Positions 22,379 to 33,593 are shown, counted from the first letter of the stretch. The stretch: DNA of 64,000 nucleotides from Bulinus truncatus (GCA_021962125.1 JAGDYQ010000002.1:20986893-21050892), one strand, 5' to 3'. The notes: a model not told the origin generated them from the letters alone. A program made the numbers and translations.

Positions 22379-22529
22379 GCAGAGTTTTGAAGCTGCAAAA
22401 GAGAGGTGGTACATCTCGAGGAAGAGGCAGGGGTAGAGGAGGCTCTACCAGTAAAGAGGCGGATAAAAATGAGGCTTTCCCATGGTGGCTGCTGAAAAAA
22501 ATGAAGAAAGAAGCTCAAGAAGGAATCAA
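22379..22529 (+). CDS. TEP1: TEP1-like exon 11, RG-rich (RVLKLQKRGGTSRGRGRGRGGSTSKEADKNEAFPWWLLKKMKKEAQEGI)
   Basis: Acceptor atatttag|, donor |gtaata; phase 1 in, 2 out. Confidence 0.75.
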
Positions 22530-22650
22530 GTAATAATCTTATTAAATTTCCCCAATTCATTAACACATTTTCATGTCTTTCTTACTGCCATTTGAAAATG
22601 TTTTTGGCAATCGCCATTAAATGTTTGGAGCATGCATGTATAATTTACAG

Positions 22651-22831
22651 AGAGGTCCCCTATGACAAGAATCTAATTCAGAGGTACAGGAAAGCTCTGG
22701 ACACCGCTGTGAAAGTGGCCACAGTTCATAACGTGCAGCCTATTAAAGGTCACACAATTTTGCTGTGTGACATTGGAGAAGGCATGAACCGGCCTTGCAG
22801 CAGTGCTAAGGGATTGGGCAAACCTAGAACG
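22651..22831 (+). CDS. TEP1: TEP1-like exon 12, vWA-like part of TROVE (..VATVHNVQPIKGHTILLCDIGEGMNRPCSSAKGLGKPRT)
   Basis: ORF 22592..22846 frame; acceptor aatttacag|; donor ACG|gtacaa chosen by phase compatibility with exon 13. Confidence 0.7.
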
Positions 22832-22930
22832 GTACAAATATTCTGAACATTGAAAGAAATAAGAGGGTAAACTTAACATTTAGGAGTTATTTTTTTTCCT
22901 TTTTGAATGAATTTTTTTATTATCTTACAG

Positions 22931-23092
22931 CTGAAAGAGATTTCAGTCTTGATGGGGTTGATGTGCAAACACAGCTGTGAGCACTGTGAAATGCTTGTCT
23001 TTTCAGAGACTGGTTACCGGGTGGTGGAACTGCAGAAGGGAACAATACTTGACAACATGGACACGGTACTGAAATCTGAGGCAACATGTAAA
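22931..23092 (+). CDS. TEP1: TEP1-like exon 13 (LKEISVLMGLMCKHSCEHCEMLVFSETGYRVVELQKGTILDNMDTVLKSEATCK)
   Basis: ORF 22907..23152 frame; acceptor tcttacag|, donor |gtaaga. Confidence 0.8.
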
Positions 23093-23899
23093 GTAAGACA
23101 TCTGTTTTTTGACAGAACAGTGTGGCTGTTGTTCATGTATTTCCAGGAATAAAAAAACACAATCCATTAATGAGCTTATTTATAGGCAGAATTCCAAAGA
23201 GAATTTCTTCTGTCCATGGGACAACATTGATTTGCACATATTTAAATTTTTCATTCACATTTAAATGAAAGTTGAATGATTTCACAATGAATGATGAGCC
23301 ATTTACTTATGCTCAGTGCCACCTGAAATAAAGCATTTTCGTAATTCTGATAATTTGTCTATAAATTTATTTAGTACCCAAACATCACAGAAAAAAAAAA
23401 TTCAAGTGTTTATGCGTAGTTATATTTTTTTTATTCAACACCAATATGTTAAAAATAATTTTATAAAAAGTATAGTTTTTGTGTTTAACAGAAACTAGAA
23501 AGTAAAAAACATCAATAAAACTGTGTTGCAGTTTAAAGCTATCCCTGTCAAGAATACACCTCCCTCCCCCACTTCCCACACAATTATAAGATGTAAATCA
23601 TTTCAGGCCACACTTAAGCATTATATATATATCTGTATAAACTTGTTGTTTATTTCCCTGTAATGTCAATGATGGGCCTCACAGGGATCAGAGGTCACAG
23701 GTTTAGCATAGCAGCCTGGATTCAAACCTGTTTTGCGCACCACATCGAGCTAACTCACCAAGTTGTTACCAATCTGACTTTAATTAAGAAAAATATCTGA
23801 CATCTTTTGAAGAATGGTGCATTTTAATCAAAATTTTAATGAAGGTTATATAAATTTCGATGTTAGACCACCATCACTTTTGATTCTATTAACTTTCAG

Positions 23900-23965
23900 G
23901 CCAATGAGCTGGTGGAAGGTATTCCCTATGGTGTACTGCTGGAAAAACTTAGAGACAGAATTCAA
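23900..23965 (+). CDS. TEP1: TEP1-like exon 14 (ANELVEGIPYGVLLEKLRDRIQ)
   Basis: Acceptor aactttcag|, donor |gtaaga. Confidence 0.75.
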
Positions 23966-24094
23966 GTAAGATGGAGCTAAATAGAAAATGTTCTTAATTC
24001 CTATTATGACTATGTTTACACATTTAATTAATACATGTAATGAAAAAAAATTATTCCAACAAAATATTTTTTTTTTTTTTACATTACCTTGTAG

Positions 24095-24240
24095 GTTGAT
24101 AATCTTTTAGTGTTTGGAGAGGACTTTTATCCTTCCATGCCCAGAGGGCGCTTGATCTGTGATTTTCTACGGAGTTACCGCCATGTTGTCAACCCTAATC
24201 TGCTGTTTGTTTCAGTCACTTTTTCTGGTCCTAAAGCAGG
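24095..24240 (+). CDS. TEP1: TEP1-like exon 15 (VDNLLVFGEDFYPSMPRGRLICDFLRSYRHVVNPNLLFVSVTFSGPKAG)
   Basis: Acceptor ccttgtag|, donor |gtgagt. Confidence 0.8.
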
Positions 24241-24404
24241 GTGAGTCAGCAATGGTCTGTTAATGGCGCTGCTAAACTGTAGCTATCTTATTAAGTAACT
24301 TTTCTAGTTTCTTATAACCAGTAAATTTGCCTGTGTGCAGAACAATTTTTTTTCATGACATTTTATGGCAGTTAAGTCTAATTAATTTTTTTTGTACACT
24401 GCAG

Positions 24405-24476
24405 GTTTGTAATGTACATTCAGCCGGAGCATGACAATGATGTCTACATATCTGGCTACAGTGACTCCATCCTCAG
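24405..24476 (+). CDS. TEP1: TEP1-like exon 16 (FVMYIQPEHDNDVYISGYSDSIL)
   Basis: Acceptor cactgcag|, donor |gtgcat; phase 2/2. Confidence 0.75.
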
Positions 24477-24589
24477 GTGCATTTGAATAATTCACATGTA
24501 ACCCTCAAAGTATATATATGTTATTTCTTTTTATCAGATCAAAAAATGCATTGGCTGAAAAATTATTTGATTCTTTGCCTATTAAACCT

Positions 24590-24725
24590 GCTGTAAAAGT
24601 ATTGTTAGGTGATGCAGGTGACCTGTGTTGGCTCTAAAAGTATTGCTAGGTGGTGCAGGTGACTTAATCCTGTTCTGGCTGCGATAGTATTGCTAGGTGA
24701 CACTAGTGACGCAGGTTACTGTGAT
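24590..24725. repeat. ~40-bp tandem repeat x3 in a TEP1 intron
   Basis: aagtattg(t/c)taggtg.tgcaggtgac units repeated. Confidence 0.7.
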
Positions 24726-24890
24726 TCTTTTTACCTTTGACCTCATGACTCATTGTGGTACTATTTGGGTTTATTTCCCCCCACCTTGCTTTTAGCATTT
24801 AAAAAAAAATCCCAGTGCTGTTGAACTGAAGTCTAGATTTTTAAAATTTTAAATCATTCAGCAATTTAGTTTATCCAATTCTTTTTTCAG

Positions 24891-25055
24891 GTTTATTTCT
24901 GAAAGAGGTGATTCTGGTCAAGTTGGCCACGTGGACAGGATTGATGCTGCCCACCAGTTGGGGCAGACAATCAAAGTCAGAGGAAGACCACAAGAAGACA
25001 AGAAAATAGTTCTTCCATTAGGAAGTAATTTACAACTGAGCCCACCTACTCCAAG
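24891..25055 (+). CDS. TEP1: TEP1-like exon 17 (FISERGDSGQVGHVDRIDAAHQLGQTIKVRGRPQEDKKIVLPLGSNLQLSPPTP)
   Basis: Acceptor cttttttcag|, donor |gtgaac. Confidence 0.75.
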
Positions 25056-25213
25056 GTGAACAAAAAGTTACAAGTCATCAGATTTCATTGAGTGGCATTG
25101 TTCTATAACTCTTATTTTCATTAATCTTAATAATGGTTATAGTTAATGATGAAGCAAAAATTATATTTTTAATTAATTTAAATGTATCATTTTTTTTTTC
25201 AAACCTTTTTCAG

Positions 25214-25390
25214 CTGGAGAACAGTTAGAGTATTTATATCATCAACTTTCCGTGACATGCATGGAGAGCGTGATCTCCTCACAAGATTTGTTTTCCCAGA
25301 ACTGAGACATTTATGCCGCAAGAATTTTATAAACATTCATGAGGTTGATCTCCGGTGGGGACTGACTGAAGAGGACACAAAAGACAATAG
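25214..25390 (+). CDS. TEP1: TEP1-like exon 18, DUF4062-type domain ([58 protein letters not shown])
   Basis: ORF 25182..25394; acceptor cctttttcag|, donor |gtgaac. Confidence 0.85.
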
Positions 25391-25697
25391 GTGAACTTTT
25401 TTTTTTAAGTAAAGTAAAAGTTAAATTTAAGAAAAAATTGTGATTCATATACTCATTGGACAAAAAACAAGATGCAAAAGATTATCAGCCAAGGAAGTAA
25501 AAACTAACTTTAAGAAAAAAATTATTCATACAGTTGATTGGAGAGAAAACACAAAAAGCCAACCAGTAAAATTTTTTAAAAGTAAAAATAAAATGGTGAA
25601 CTTATTTTTTTAAGTATAGTACAAATTAAATTTAAGAAACAAGTGTGATTCTTACAGTCAATTTTACAAAAAGGATATATTTCTTTTTTTTTTTTAG

Positions 25698-25940
25698 AAC
25701 TCTAGATATTTGCTTAAAGGAAGTGACCAGATGCAATCTGTTCATTGGTCTACTGGGAGAACGTTACGGCTGGATTCCCAGCAGCTATCAGATTCCAGAC
25801 TCGCCAGACTATGACTGGGTGCGCCAATATCCTATCATTTCATCCGTCACTGAACTGGAGATGCATCTCGGCGCCTTGTCCAAAGTAGATAAAGCCAGAG
25901 ACACAGCATTTTTCTATTTCAGAGACAACACTTTTGAAAA
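25698..25940 (+). CDS. TEP1: TEP1-like exon 19, DUF4062 continued (..CNLFIGLLGERYGWIPSSYQIPDSPDYDWVRQYPIISSVTELEMHLGALSKVDKARDTAFFYFRDNTFE)
   Basis: ORF 25645..25944; acceptor ttttttag|, donor |gtagga. Confidence 0.85.
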
Positions 25941-26249
25941 GTAGGACTTAAACTTTTCTTTGATATTTTAGTAGGCTTTACATTTTCTTTTTTTTCAACC
26001 AAATATTAACTTAAAGGCAGTCTGTCTTAATGCATGGATTCACAAGGTACGAGGGACTCTGAGTATCGATCACAATTTATCCTTTTGAAAGGATATTGTA
26101 GGGGCCCTAGCGTACTTGCTTGTCCAGGGTCCTAAATAGCTAAGACTGAAATGATTAGTTTTAGATTTTAATAAAATCTAGCATCTTCATTTGATGTGTG
26201 GTTTATTCTGGTGTGTGTGAAGTCCCTGTAAGGATGAGATGAAATCTCT

Positions 26250-26455
26250 TAGATCCTATGAACCACTAATGGGTCGGTCTTTTATCCCCACCATAGCCGA
26301 TAGTGCAATGGCGATGGAGGCACTATGGGAGATATATTGGGAACTTGAGCCAAGACCTAAAAAATTCCTTGGTCGTCACCGGAGCTCGAACCAGGTACCT
26401 TCAGGTCGACAGTCGAGCGCTTTACCGCACAACCATCCGTCCCCTTTGTTTATCC
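26250..26455 (-). mobile_element. tRNA-derived SINE, family copy 1 (minus orientation)
   Basis: ccatagccgatagtg..ggtcgtcaccggagctcgaaccaggtaccttcaggtcgacagtcgagcgctttaccgcacaaccatccg; shares the ggtcgacagtcgagcgc core with copies at 39.65 and 58.6 kb. Confidence 0.75.
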
Positions 26456-26845
26456 TGCTAGATTCATTGTATTTATTTTAATATGTTTAGAATACATGAT
26501 AAGTTCTATATTTCTTATAACTTCTTTATAAATAACTTGAACATTTATTTAATTGTTGTTGTGTAAGACCCTTAAGTAAGGTGTTGTATAATTTATTTAT
26601 TTCTGTGATTTGCTACTTACAAGAGGACTATGCTGCTCACTTCTAGACTAATGCCATTTACCTGGGCAGGCTGATTCTCTTGACCTTAGAAAAATTCCTG
26701 GCACTCACTGAGTTTAAGCCTAAGACCTTAAGGTTGCCTGTTTTTCCTTATCACTCACCACAATACAGTCAGCATTTGATCAAATTCTGTTGGTTTTGTT
26801 CACTCATTTGTATTTGTAACCAGTATTACTCTTTTATTTTTTTAG

Positions 26846-26959
26846 GGACATCCCTAAAACCTTTGAAAGTGATTTTAAGTCTGAATCTGAATTACACAAG
26901 TCAAAGATCGTAGGTCTCAAGTCTAGAATTAGAAGCAGTGGATTGGAAGTTTATGATGG
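26846..26959 (+). CDS. TEP1: TEP1-like exon 20 (DIPKTFESDFKSESELHKSKIVGLKSRIRSSGLEVYDG)
   Basis: Acceptor tttttttag|, donor |gtaaat; phase 2/2. Confidence 0.75.
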
Positions 26960-27116
26960 GTAAATAAAACTTGAAAACTTTTATTAAAAGTGCATATTAG
27001 GCATTGTGATTCCTGATAGTAATATGCTTTTCCAAGTTTAAGTAACTTTTTTTTTCTCAATTTCTCTGAAGAGAGATGATTTTAAATTAATTTTTTCCAC
27101 CATGCTTTATTTAAAG

Positions 27117-27237
27117 CTATCCCTGTCATTGGGGAGGCTGTGTTGATGGAAAACCAATAGTCGCAGGACTGGATCAGTTTGGAGAGAGAGTTTTGAATAA
27201 CTTGGTCAATGCTGTGAATAAACTCTACCCTCAACAG
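27117..27237 (+). CDS. TEP1: TEP1-like exon 21 (YPCHWGGCVDGKPIVAGLDQFGERVLNNLVNAVNKLYPQQ)
   Basis: Acceptor tttatttaaag|, donor |gtacaa; the junction with exon 20 reconstitutes a Gly codon. Confidence 0.75.
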
Positions 27238-27454
27238 GTACAAAGTCAGACACTACTTTATGAATCGCTGAATTGCATTTTATTCACTTAATTTGCATCA
27301 TATTTTTTTTTTATTAATTTTTTTTCTGTGATGTAATTTTTTTTATTTAATTTTAGCTGTATACTGCACGTTTCTATTTTTCTTACCTTAACTGAGAAAA
27401 GCTGCTTAAAAAACTTAATTTTTTTATATCGATTTTTAATGTAGGACAAATTAT

Positions 27455-27512
27455 AACTAATTACACAAATTATAACTAATCACACAAATTATAACTAATC
27501 ACACAAATAAGT
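27455..27512. repeat. 19-bp tandem repeat x3 (ataactaatcacacaaatt)
   Basis: Direct reading. Confidence 0.8.
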
Positions 27513-27872
27513 CTTGTGAATCAAAATTACTTTAATGGGAATAAATTTCAATCAATGTTTATCTGTTGGAAAAATTATGACATCAATATTTTCTATCTCA
27601 TATCTCCATGGTAACATGTTTTTGCTCTCTCAGTGCATGCAAATATTTACCACCTATAAAAACTAATTCTTAAAACGTGATAATTTCTGATACTAAGGAA
27701 TGAAAGTATCTCAATTAATAAATGCTAAAAAATAGAAATAGTATTTCACAATGCTTTTTCTGATTTTATCTAAAGAAACTAGTGCATACAGTTTCATTAA
27801 CAGACATGAAACTAAAATTAAACATCCTGGAAATATGTTTAAGTTAACTGTTCAAAAATATCTACTCACCAG

Positions 27873-28055
27873 GGTGAAGTTTTGACAGAGGAAGATCACA
27901 TCAATAATCTGCAGTGGGCATATGTTGAAAACAGCAGTGCAGAATTCATTGGTCGCAAGCCACTCATCACACAAATCATTGCGAAAATAAACACAATGGA
28001 ATCTGGCGTTTTGGGTGTCATTGGTAAACCAGGCAGTGGCAAAACAGCTTTAATG
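27873..28055 (+). CDS. TEP1: TEP1-like exon 22, NACHT Walker A (..FIGRKPLITQIIAKINTMESGVLGVIGKPGSGKTALM)
   Basis: ORF 27882..28088; acceptor ctcaccag|, donor |gtgaaa. Confidence 0.85.
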
Positions 28056-28084
28056 GTGAAAAAATCTTTTTTTTTTAGTGCAGT

Positions 28085-28195
28085 TTAAATTTTATGCTTT
28101 GATGTAATTTGAACCATTAGTGCAGTTTAAATTTTATGCTTTGATGTAATTTTAACCATTAGTGCAGTTTAAATTTTATGCTTTTATTTAATTTA
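28085..28195. repeat. 47-bp tandem repeat x2.5 immediately downstream of the P-loop exon donor
   Basis: tagtgcagtttaaattttatgctttgatgtaatttgaaccat repeated. Confidence 0.8.
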
Positions 28196-28274
28196 TACCA
28201 AACAAAAATTTAATTTTTATTTTATAAATCTAATAACTCCTTAAAATTGTTAACAATCGTTTACTTTCACATAG

Positions 28275-28450
28275 GCTGCGACCATCATGCAGTATAGCAA
28301 ATCTAAGAATGTTAATGGAACTATGAGTGTCCTGATCAACATGGCTGGTTCTGCCCCTGGCTCTTGCAGTCTGATTGCTACCTTGAGAAGATTGTCACGG
28401 CAGTTAAACAGCAGATTTAATTTAGGATACACATTGCCTGAGGATTTAAA
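28275..28450 (+). CDS. TEP1: TEP1-like exon 23, NACHT (AATIMQYSKSKNVNGTMSVLINMAGSAPGSCSLIATLRRLSRQLNSRFNLGYTLPEDL)
   Basis: Acceptor tttcacatag|, donor |gtaggc. Confidence 0.8.
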
Positions 28451-28794
28451 GTAGGCTAAATTATAAACTGTTTTATCAATTACAATGGTTAATGATTTAT
28501 TTAAAATTTTTAAAAGTAATAAACAGATGATAAAAGAAAAATTAAAATATTTTCCTATTGAGATTAGTTTTTATTAATAGGTAATCAGTTGTATACAAGT
28601 TATTTTTTGAGAAGAATGCTCTAAATTTTTGAGAATATTTGTTCACCGATAAAGCTATGACTTAAGCTGAGGACTATTTAAAAATTTTTGAGTCTTTTTT
28701 TTTAGTTTAGATAATTTATCAAATCTGTGAGTGCAAGCGTATGATACTATCATATATAAATACATGTAAATATGTATTTGTTTGTCATGTTCAG

Positions 28795-28942
28795 AAATCT
28801 GATCCTCAAACTGAGAGATATGTTGGCAGAGGCAGCCCTTCTTTGTCCAACTAAACTTGTTATTTTCATGGATGGCATTGACTTAATGGATGCAGCCAAT
28901 CAGCCATACAGCCTAGAGTGGTTGCCCCTACCTATACCAGAT
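28795..28942 (+). CDS. TEP1: TEP1-like exon 24, NACHT Walker B (NLILKLRDMLAEAALLCPTKLVIFMDGIDLMDAANQPYSLEWLPLPIPD)
   Basis: ORF 28772..28993; acceptor catgttcag|, donor |gtaagt. Confidence 0.85.
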
Positions 28943-29758
28943 GTAAGTGGACTTTTAAACGAAAGTTATATCTTTCTTTCTTATTTTATGTAAATAACTT
29001 TCAGAATAGTCTCCTGTGACTATTTTTTTTAACCTGGAACGGTTTTATATATATATATTTTTTTTAGAACTTAAGATACTTTTGCTTAGTAGTCTTAATT
29101 TCTTGCTTTGTTAACACTTTTCAAAAGAAGGAGGCTAAATTACTTTTTTATATTTATTACTTACTATTCCCCCATGGCTTTTCACTTTGTGGCAAACTTT
29201 TCCGGAGCGTATCTAGGCCTATAAATGAGTTATGGGTGTACCATGAACAGTTCAATTTAGAACAACTTTAGTCTTGGCTCATGACCAATGTTTCAGATTA
29301 CAAACTATATCCATGCAATGAAATTTCTCACACATTTACTCAATTCAATGTACATTTGGTCTACAAACTGAGCTTCTTCTTTACACTGATGTGGCCTATT
29401 CAGTTAAACTGAATTTAATTGTTATTAATTTACACAAATCAAAATTAATTTGTTTATGAATGCAGAAAAAAGCAATTTAACCCCAAAACTTTCAAGTTTC
29501 TCAACTTTATTTGATCTGCTAAGAAATGAAATTTTAACACCCGTTTCATTGACATTAAATGTTACATTTCTTCTCTCCCAAAAAATCAAAATAAAATGGT
29601 GATAATTATGCATTTATTAAGATCATGAATCTCGTAGACCCTAACTGGTAGTGATTTAATTGAAAATGTGCATACGGCACATATACTTAATATAAAAATG
29701 TAATTGACAATATTTATATTTTCATATTTGAAAAACATGTTGCTCCATCATCTTATAG

Positions 29759-29935
29759 AATGTGGTTTTTGTGGTCAGTGCTGTTGAAGGGGAGAAAACT
29801 CATAAATCTCTGAAAAGACTAGTTCTTGATGAGCTCAGCATCGGAGGTCTAGACATGTGGGACAAGGCAGAGGTGGTTAGGCAGACACTGGCCAAACACC
29901 GCAAGAGTCTTGATGAATCTGGTTTTGGAAATCAG
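29759..29935 (+). CDS. TEP1: TEP1-like exon 25, NACHT (NVVFVVSAVEGEKTHKSLKRLVLDELSIGGLDMWDKAEVVRQTLAKHRKSLDESGFGNQ)
   Basis: ORF 29762..29971; acceptor tcttatag|, donor |gtattt. Confidence 0.85.
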
Positions 29936-30117
29936 GTATTTATAGGTTTTTTTTCTTCAAGACTAATGTGACTTTTCCATTGACTACCTTTACCTTTTAG
30001 AATTAAATGTCTAATTCTTACAAGCTCCGTGGCCTATAATACTGTTATATAGTGTTTCATTATTTTGTCCCTTCTCCCTCAACTAAAAGCTGCGGCAGCC
30101 AATGTGAGACCCATGCA

Positions 30118-30292
30118 GGCACGCCGAGAGGGGTGGGCAGGGGGGTGTCATTTCCAGGGGGCCTGCATCTGTAAGGGGGCCTGGCCGCCCCAACCATGTC
30201 AATTTTTTCACGACTTATTGTTTATTAAGGGGCCCGCAATGATGTCCTGCCCTGGGGTCCATGTTGGCTCTCGGCGCCACTGGACCCATGCT
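30118..30292. mobile_element. 5'-truncated copy of the CAGTGGCG G-tract MITE family, in a TEP1 intron
   Basis: Right end ggctctcggcgccactgg; internal ggggtgggcaggggggtg matches the 14.3-kb copy. Confidence 0.6.
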
Positions 30293-30603
30293 GGGAAATT
30301 GTTGAAACTATCATACTGTTAAGCTGTTAAAGACTCTATACGTGTACCAGTCTATCATTATTTTTCTTTTTTTTCTTATTGCCATGCTCATCATCGAGCT
30401 AAAGCATCGGCAAAACTGTTTATGTTTACTTTTGGTGTTTTTTATTTTTACTCATTTCAATTAGTTCTGAAACCTATCAGTCAGACAGCTGCAAAGTAAT
30501 TTGTTTCAAAGCATCTAACAAAATTCAAACGGTCATGTTGATATTTCAGAGAGTTCATTATGCGTAACAGAATCTATAAACTAATTTTGGTAAACTCTTG
30601 CAG

Positions 30604-30696
30604 ATGAAGCTGCTGATGTTAAAGAAAGATGCCCACAATCCACTGTATTTGAAACTTGCTTGTGAAGAACTGAGGATATTTGGTGTTTTTGAAAAA
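30604..30696 (+). CDS. TEP1: TEP1-like exon 26 (MKLLMLKKDAHNPLYLKLACEELRIFGVFEK)
   Basis: Acceptor ctcttgcag|, donor |gtaagt. Confidence 0.8.
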
Positions 30697-30877
30697 GTAA
30701 GTTTTTAAGTTGCAGAGATATTAAAAGAAATAAATGTGTAATTTTTATATGAAAAGTAAAAGTGTAATATTATAGATAATTTCCTTTTTTTTGTTATTTT
30801 TTCCACTATTGTTGTATTGCATTTAATTTCTTTTTTTTAAATTAAAAAATTTAACATCAGTGATTTATCTATTATAG

Positions 30878-31010
30878 ATTTCTGACAAGTTGAAAAGCCT
30901 ACCTCAAACAACAGCCCAGATGCTACAAGAAATTCTATGCAGACTTGAACAAGACCATGGGAAAGAACTGGTCTGCTCAGCTTTGAGTTTATTGGCATGT
31001 GCTAGAGATG
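30878..31010 (+). CDS. TEP1: TEP1-like exon 27 (ISDKLKSLPQTTAQMLQEILCRLEQDHGKELVCSALSLLACARD)
   Basis: ORF 30890..31222 frame; acceptor ctattatag|, donor |gtaaaa. Confidence 0.8.
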
Positions 31011-31356
31011 GTAAAATCTACTTTCTTTTTCTAATTAATTTAAAACAAAATACTTTTATTCTTTTTAAGAAAAAATATGAGTTTAGCATGCTATTTTATA
31101 GATATTTTCAGAATATTTGTTTAAGAACTAAAAAAATTTCTACTTTAATTTGTGGAAATAAAAGCTTTTTTATCTGTCCCTATGTGTCACACTTTTTCAT
31201 TAAAGAAATTTTCATTTTTTAATTAATTCATCTAATACTGCCTTGTTAAATTAGCCTTCTTGCATTCAGGTCAATTGTATTAATGTGCAAACAAAGAGTC
31301 ATTAAAACTGTAATTGTAAACTTAAAAAAAAAACAGAAATTAATGTATCATTTCAG

Positions 31357-31417
31357 GTTTATACCCAGAAGAACTCCATGAACTTCTCAATTGGCGTAAA
31401 ACTCTGGGATCTGATAA
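31357..31417 (+). CDS. TEP1: TEP1-like exon 28 (LYPEELHELLNWRKTLGSDK). Donor uncertain: gtttga at 31418, or gtgcaa at 31436 extending the exon to 31435.
   Basis: Acceptor catttcag|; the open frame continues to a stop at 31625, so a weak donor must be used. Both candidates give phase 2 out, compatible with exon 29. Confidence 0.5.
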
Positions 31418-32248
31418 GTTTGAGCCTCAAGACTTGTGCAATAGAAATATTAATGCTAAAGACTCTCTTCCACCAATGACATTCTCATTTTTGGCCAGAT
31501 CCATCATGAGTTTCTTGAACCCGAGCTCTTCATGGTCAGCATCTTTAAACTCAGCCATGTTAAATGAATGTAGCAGAGCCATTAGTTTCAAAAACCTAAA
31601 TAGTAAAAAAAAAAATTTACTTTAGGATTTACATTTCAGTTTTTCTCTAGTGCAAAAGTTAAAATATTTCCACTTTGCAAAGGAAATACAGAGAGCTATC
31701 AGAGGTTTTTACTGTATTACTGTTATGTTTGCCCCCCCTCACCCCTGGAGTAATAACTTTCAATTATGTCTTAAAATATTTTGCTCAACAACCTGTAAGA
31801 GCTCTCACTCAAGCCCTTCTCATACTGTTTACCAAAAAGTACTGTCCACTCCCTGTATATGTATCGCTAGTAACTCATCACATGACTCAGTACCAATAAC
31901 ACATATATCTCCACCATGATATATACACCACTCTCGCACTAATACAACAAAGTCTCAGAGACACCTGCCAGCCTTGTGTCATGACTCCTTGGTGTGTTTT
32001 TCCTACCTGCTTGGCTCACGACATCACTGTAGCTTATGTATATCATTTTAAAAAATTACTCCCTATCAATTCTGTGTCCCAGTTCAAGCTCTTGACATCA
32101 CTTACAAGAAATACAAAAAAAAATTACAAGCAGATTATAAAAAAAAATAATTAGATATCACCGTGTAATTAATAAAACATTATGCATAACTATTACCTTT
32201 AAAAAAAAAAAGATTCTGAGGCCCCCAATGATTTTTCTTTAAATTCAG

Positions 32249-32358
32249 GGCTCCTGTATTGTCATTTGGGAATCAAGAAATATGTACAGCTGTACGCTTG
32301 CGCTACTTCAAAACTTTAGACACGTCTCTAGAAATGGGCCATCACAAACTTTTGGCAG
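32249..32358 (+). CDS. TEP1: TEP1-like exon 29 (APVLSFGNQEICTAVRLRYFKTLDTSLEMGHHKLLA)
   Basis: ORF 32259..32525 frame; acceptor aaattcag|, donor |gtaagg. Confidence 0.7.
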
Positions 32359-32374
32359 GTAAGGTCTTATCATT

Positions 32375-32565
32375 TAATGAGAGGGGGATGGTTGGTCGTG
32401 CGTTAAAGTGCTTGAATAGGATCCTGAGGGTCCCGGGCTTGATCACTGGTGACGACCAAGGGATTTTATATGTCACTGTGAAAATTCCTTCTGTGTTACC
32501 TGTGAGGCCTCCTTCATGGCCGTAGCGCTATCAGCTATGGTGGAGGTGAAAGTAGGGTCATTTAA
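32375..32565 (+). mobile_element. tRNA-derived SINE, family copy 2 (plus orientation)
   Basis: gggtcccgggcttgatcactggtgacgaccaagggatttt is the reverse complement of the 26.3-kb copy core; ..cagctatggtggaggtgaaag tail shared with the 39.2-kb copy. Confidence 0.7.
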
Positions 32566-32808
32566 TGATATAAAAATTCCTTTTAAAACCAAAATGAATG
32601 GTCAACAAATGCTAGATTGGTTTGTTTTTGAAACTTTTTGAAGCCAAACCTATATTTTGTTGTACATTGTTATGTATTAACAAATCTTATAGAATTGATT
32701 TTACTGTAAAATGAAAGAGATCTCACTTCTAATACCTCTAATGGTTTGTTTAAATTTAGTTCTAAATGATATTTTTGAAAAGATCTTTTTTTTCTCTTAA
32801 TTCTGCAG

Positions 32809-32897
32809 GCTATTTTCTTAAGCAAGCTGATCCATTGAACGACAACACTTGGCAAAGTCAAAATACACGAGCCTTTTCAGAACTACCGTTTCATTTG
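32809..32897 (+). CDS. TEP1: TEP1-like exon 30 (YFLKQADPLNDNTWQSQNTRAFSELPFHL)
   Basis: Acceptor ttctgcag|, donor |gtaaat. Confidence 0.75.
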
Positions 32898-33233
32898 GTA
32901 AATATATAAACAATCATATACTACATAATGCTGTTTAACAATTAAGTATTAAGATATAACTGATAATGATGTTGGCAAAGCCAGCTTTTAGAGCATACTG
33001 TGACTCTTTGTTGTGTTTTGTAATTGTGTTTTATCTAATTATTTTTATTAACCAAATCTCGATAAATTGACTTCGTGAGATGGTGCAGTATTATTTGACT
33101 TATGCATGGCCACCGGTGTTAAATAGCTTAGAAACTTTATTATTGCTCACATGAGCCAGCCGCAATTATTTTTAGCACCTTTATCAAAAATACTTTAAGA
33201 AAAGTATAACACATACAATCTTTTTTTTAAAAG

Positions 33234-33348
33234 GCCAGTGCAGGCAACTTTGATGAACTGGAAAAAATTCTCTGCAATCACCAATTTATTCAGGCTAAAT
33301 GTTCATTGGGCTTGGCAGCAAAACTAATGGATGACTTTTCCCCAAAAG
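33234..33348 (+). CDS. TEP1: TEP1-like exon 31 (ASAGNFDELEKILCNHQFIQAKCSLGLAAKLMDDFSPK)
   Basis: Acceptor ttttttaaaag|; weak donor |gttcaa; phase 1 out. Confidence 0.65.
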
Positions 33349-33484
33349 GTTCAAAATATTTTTATTTTAAATTAAAGGTACCTATTGTTGCGTTGATTTA
33401 AAAAAAAAAATTATTTCAGCTTTTGTTTTCCTCCTTACATTTTTTTAATAAAGTTTATTTATTTACTAAAAAAAAAAATATCAG

Positions 33485-33593
33485 TTCCAGCTGGCAACAA
33501 AACTGCTGAAAAAAATTGTTCCAAATTTTTATTGCAACCTCGTGTTGAACAGTACAAATCATTTGTTTCAAGAAATATTGAAGTACTGGTCAG
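33485..33593 (+). CDS. TEP1: TEP1-like exon 32 (PAGNKTAEKNCSKFLLQPRVEQYKSFVSRNIEVLV); alternative in-frame acceptor at 33490
   Basis: Frame fixed by phase 1 from exon 31 and phase 2 into exon 33; donor |gtatgg. Confidence 0.6.

Noticed and set aside
31650-31919. ORFs 31650..31919 and 31675..31899 as additional TEP1 exons
   Set aside because: Low-complexity, non-domain-like peptides. No acceptor/donor pair gives phases compatible with exons 28 and 29. Left unannotated, although missed small exons in this 800-bp interval remain possible.
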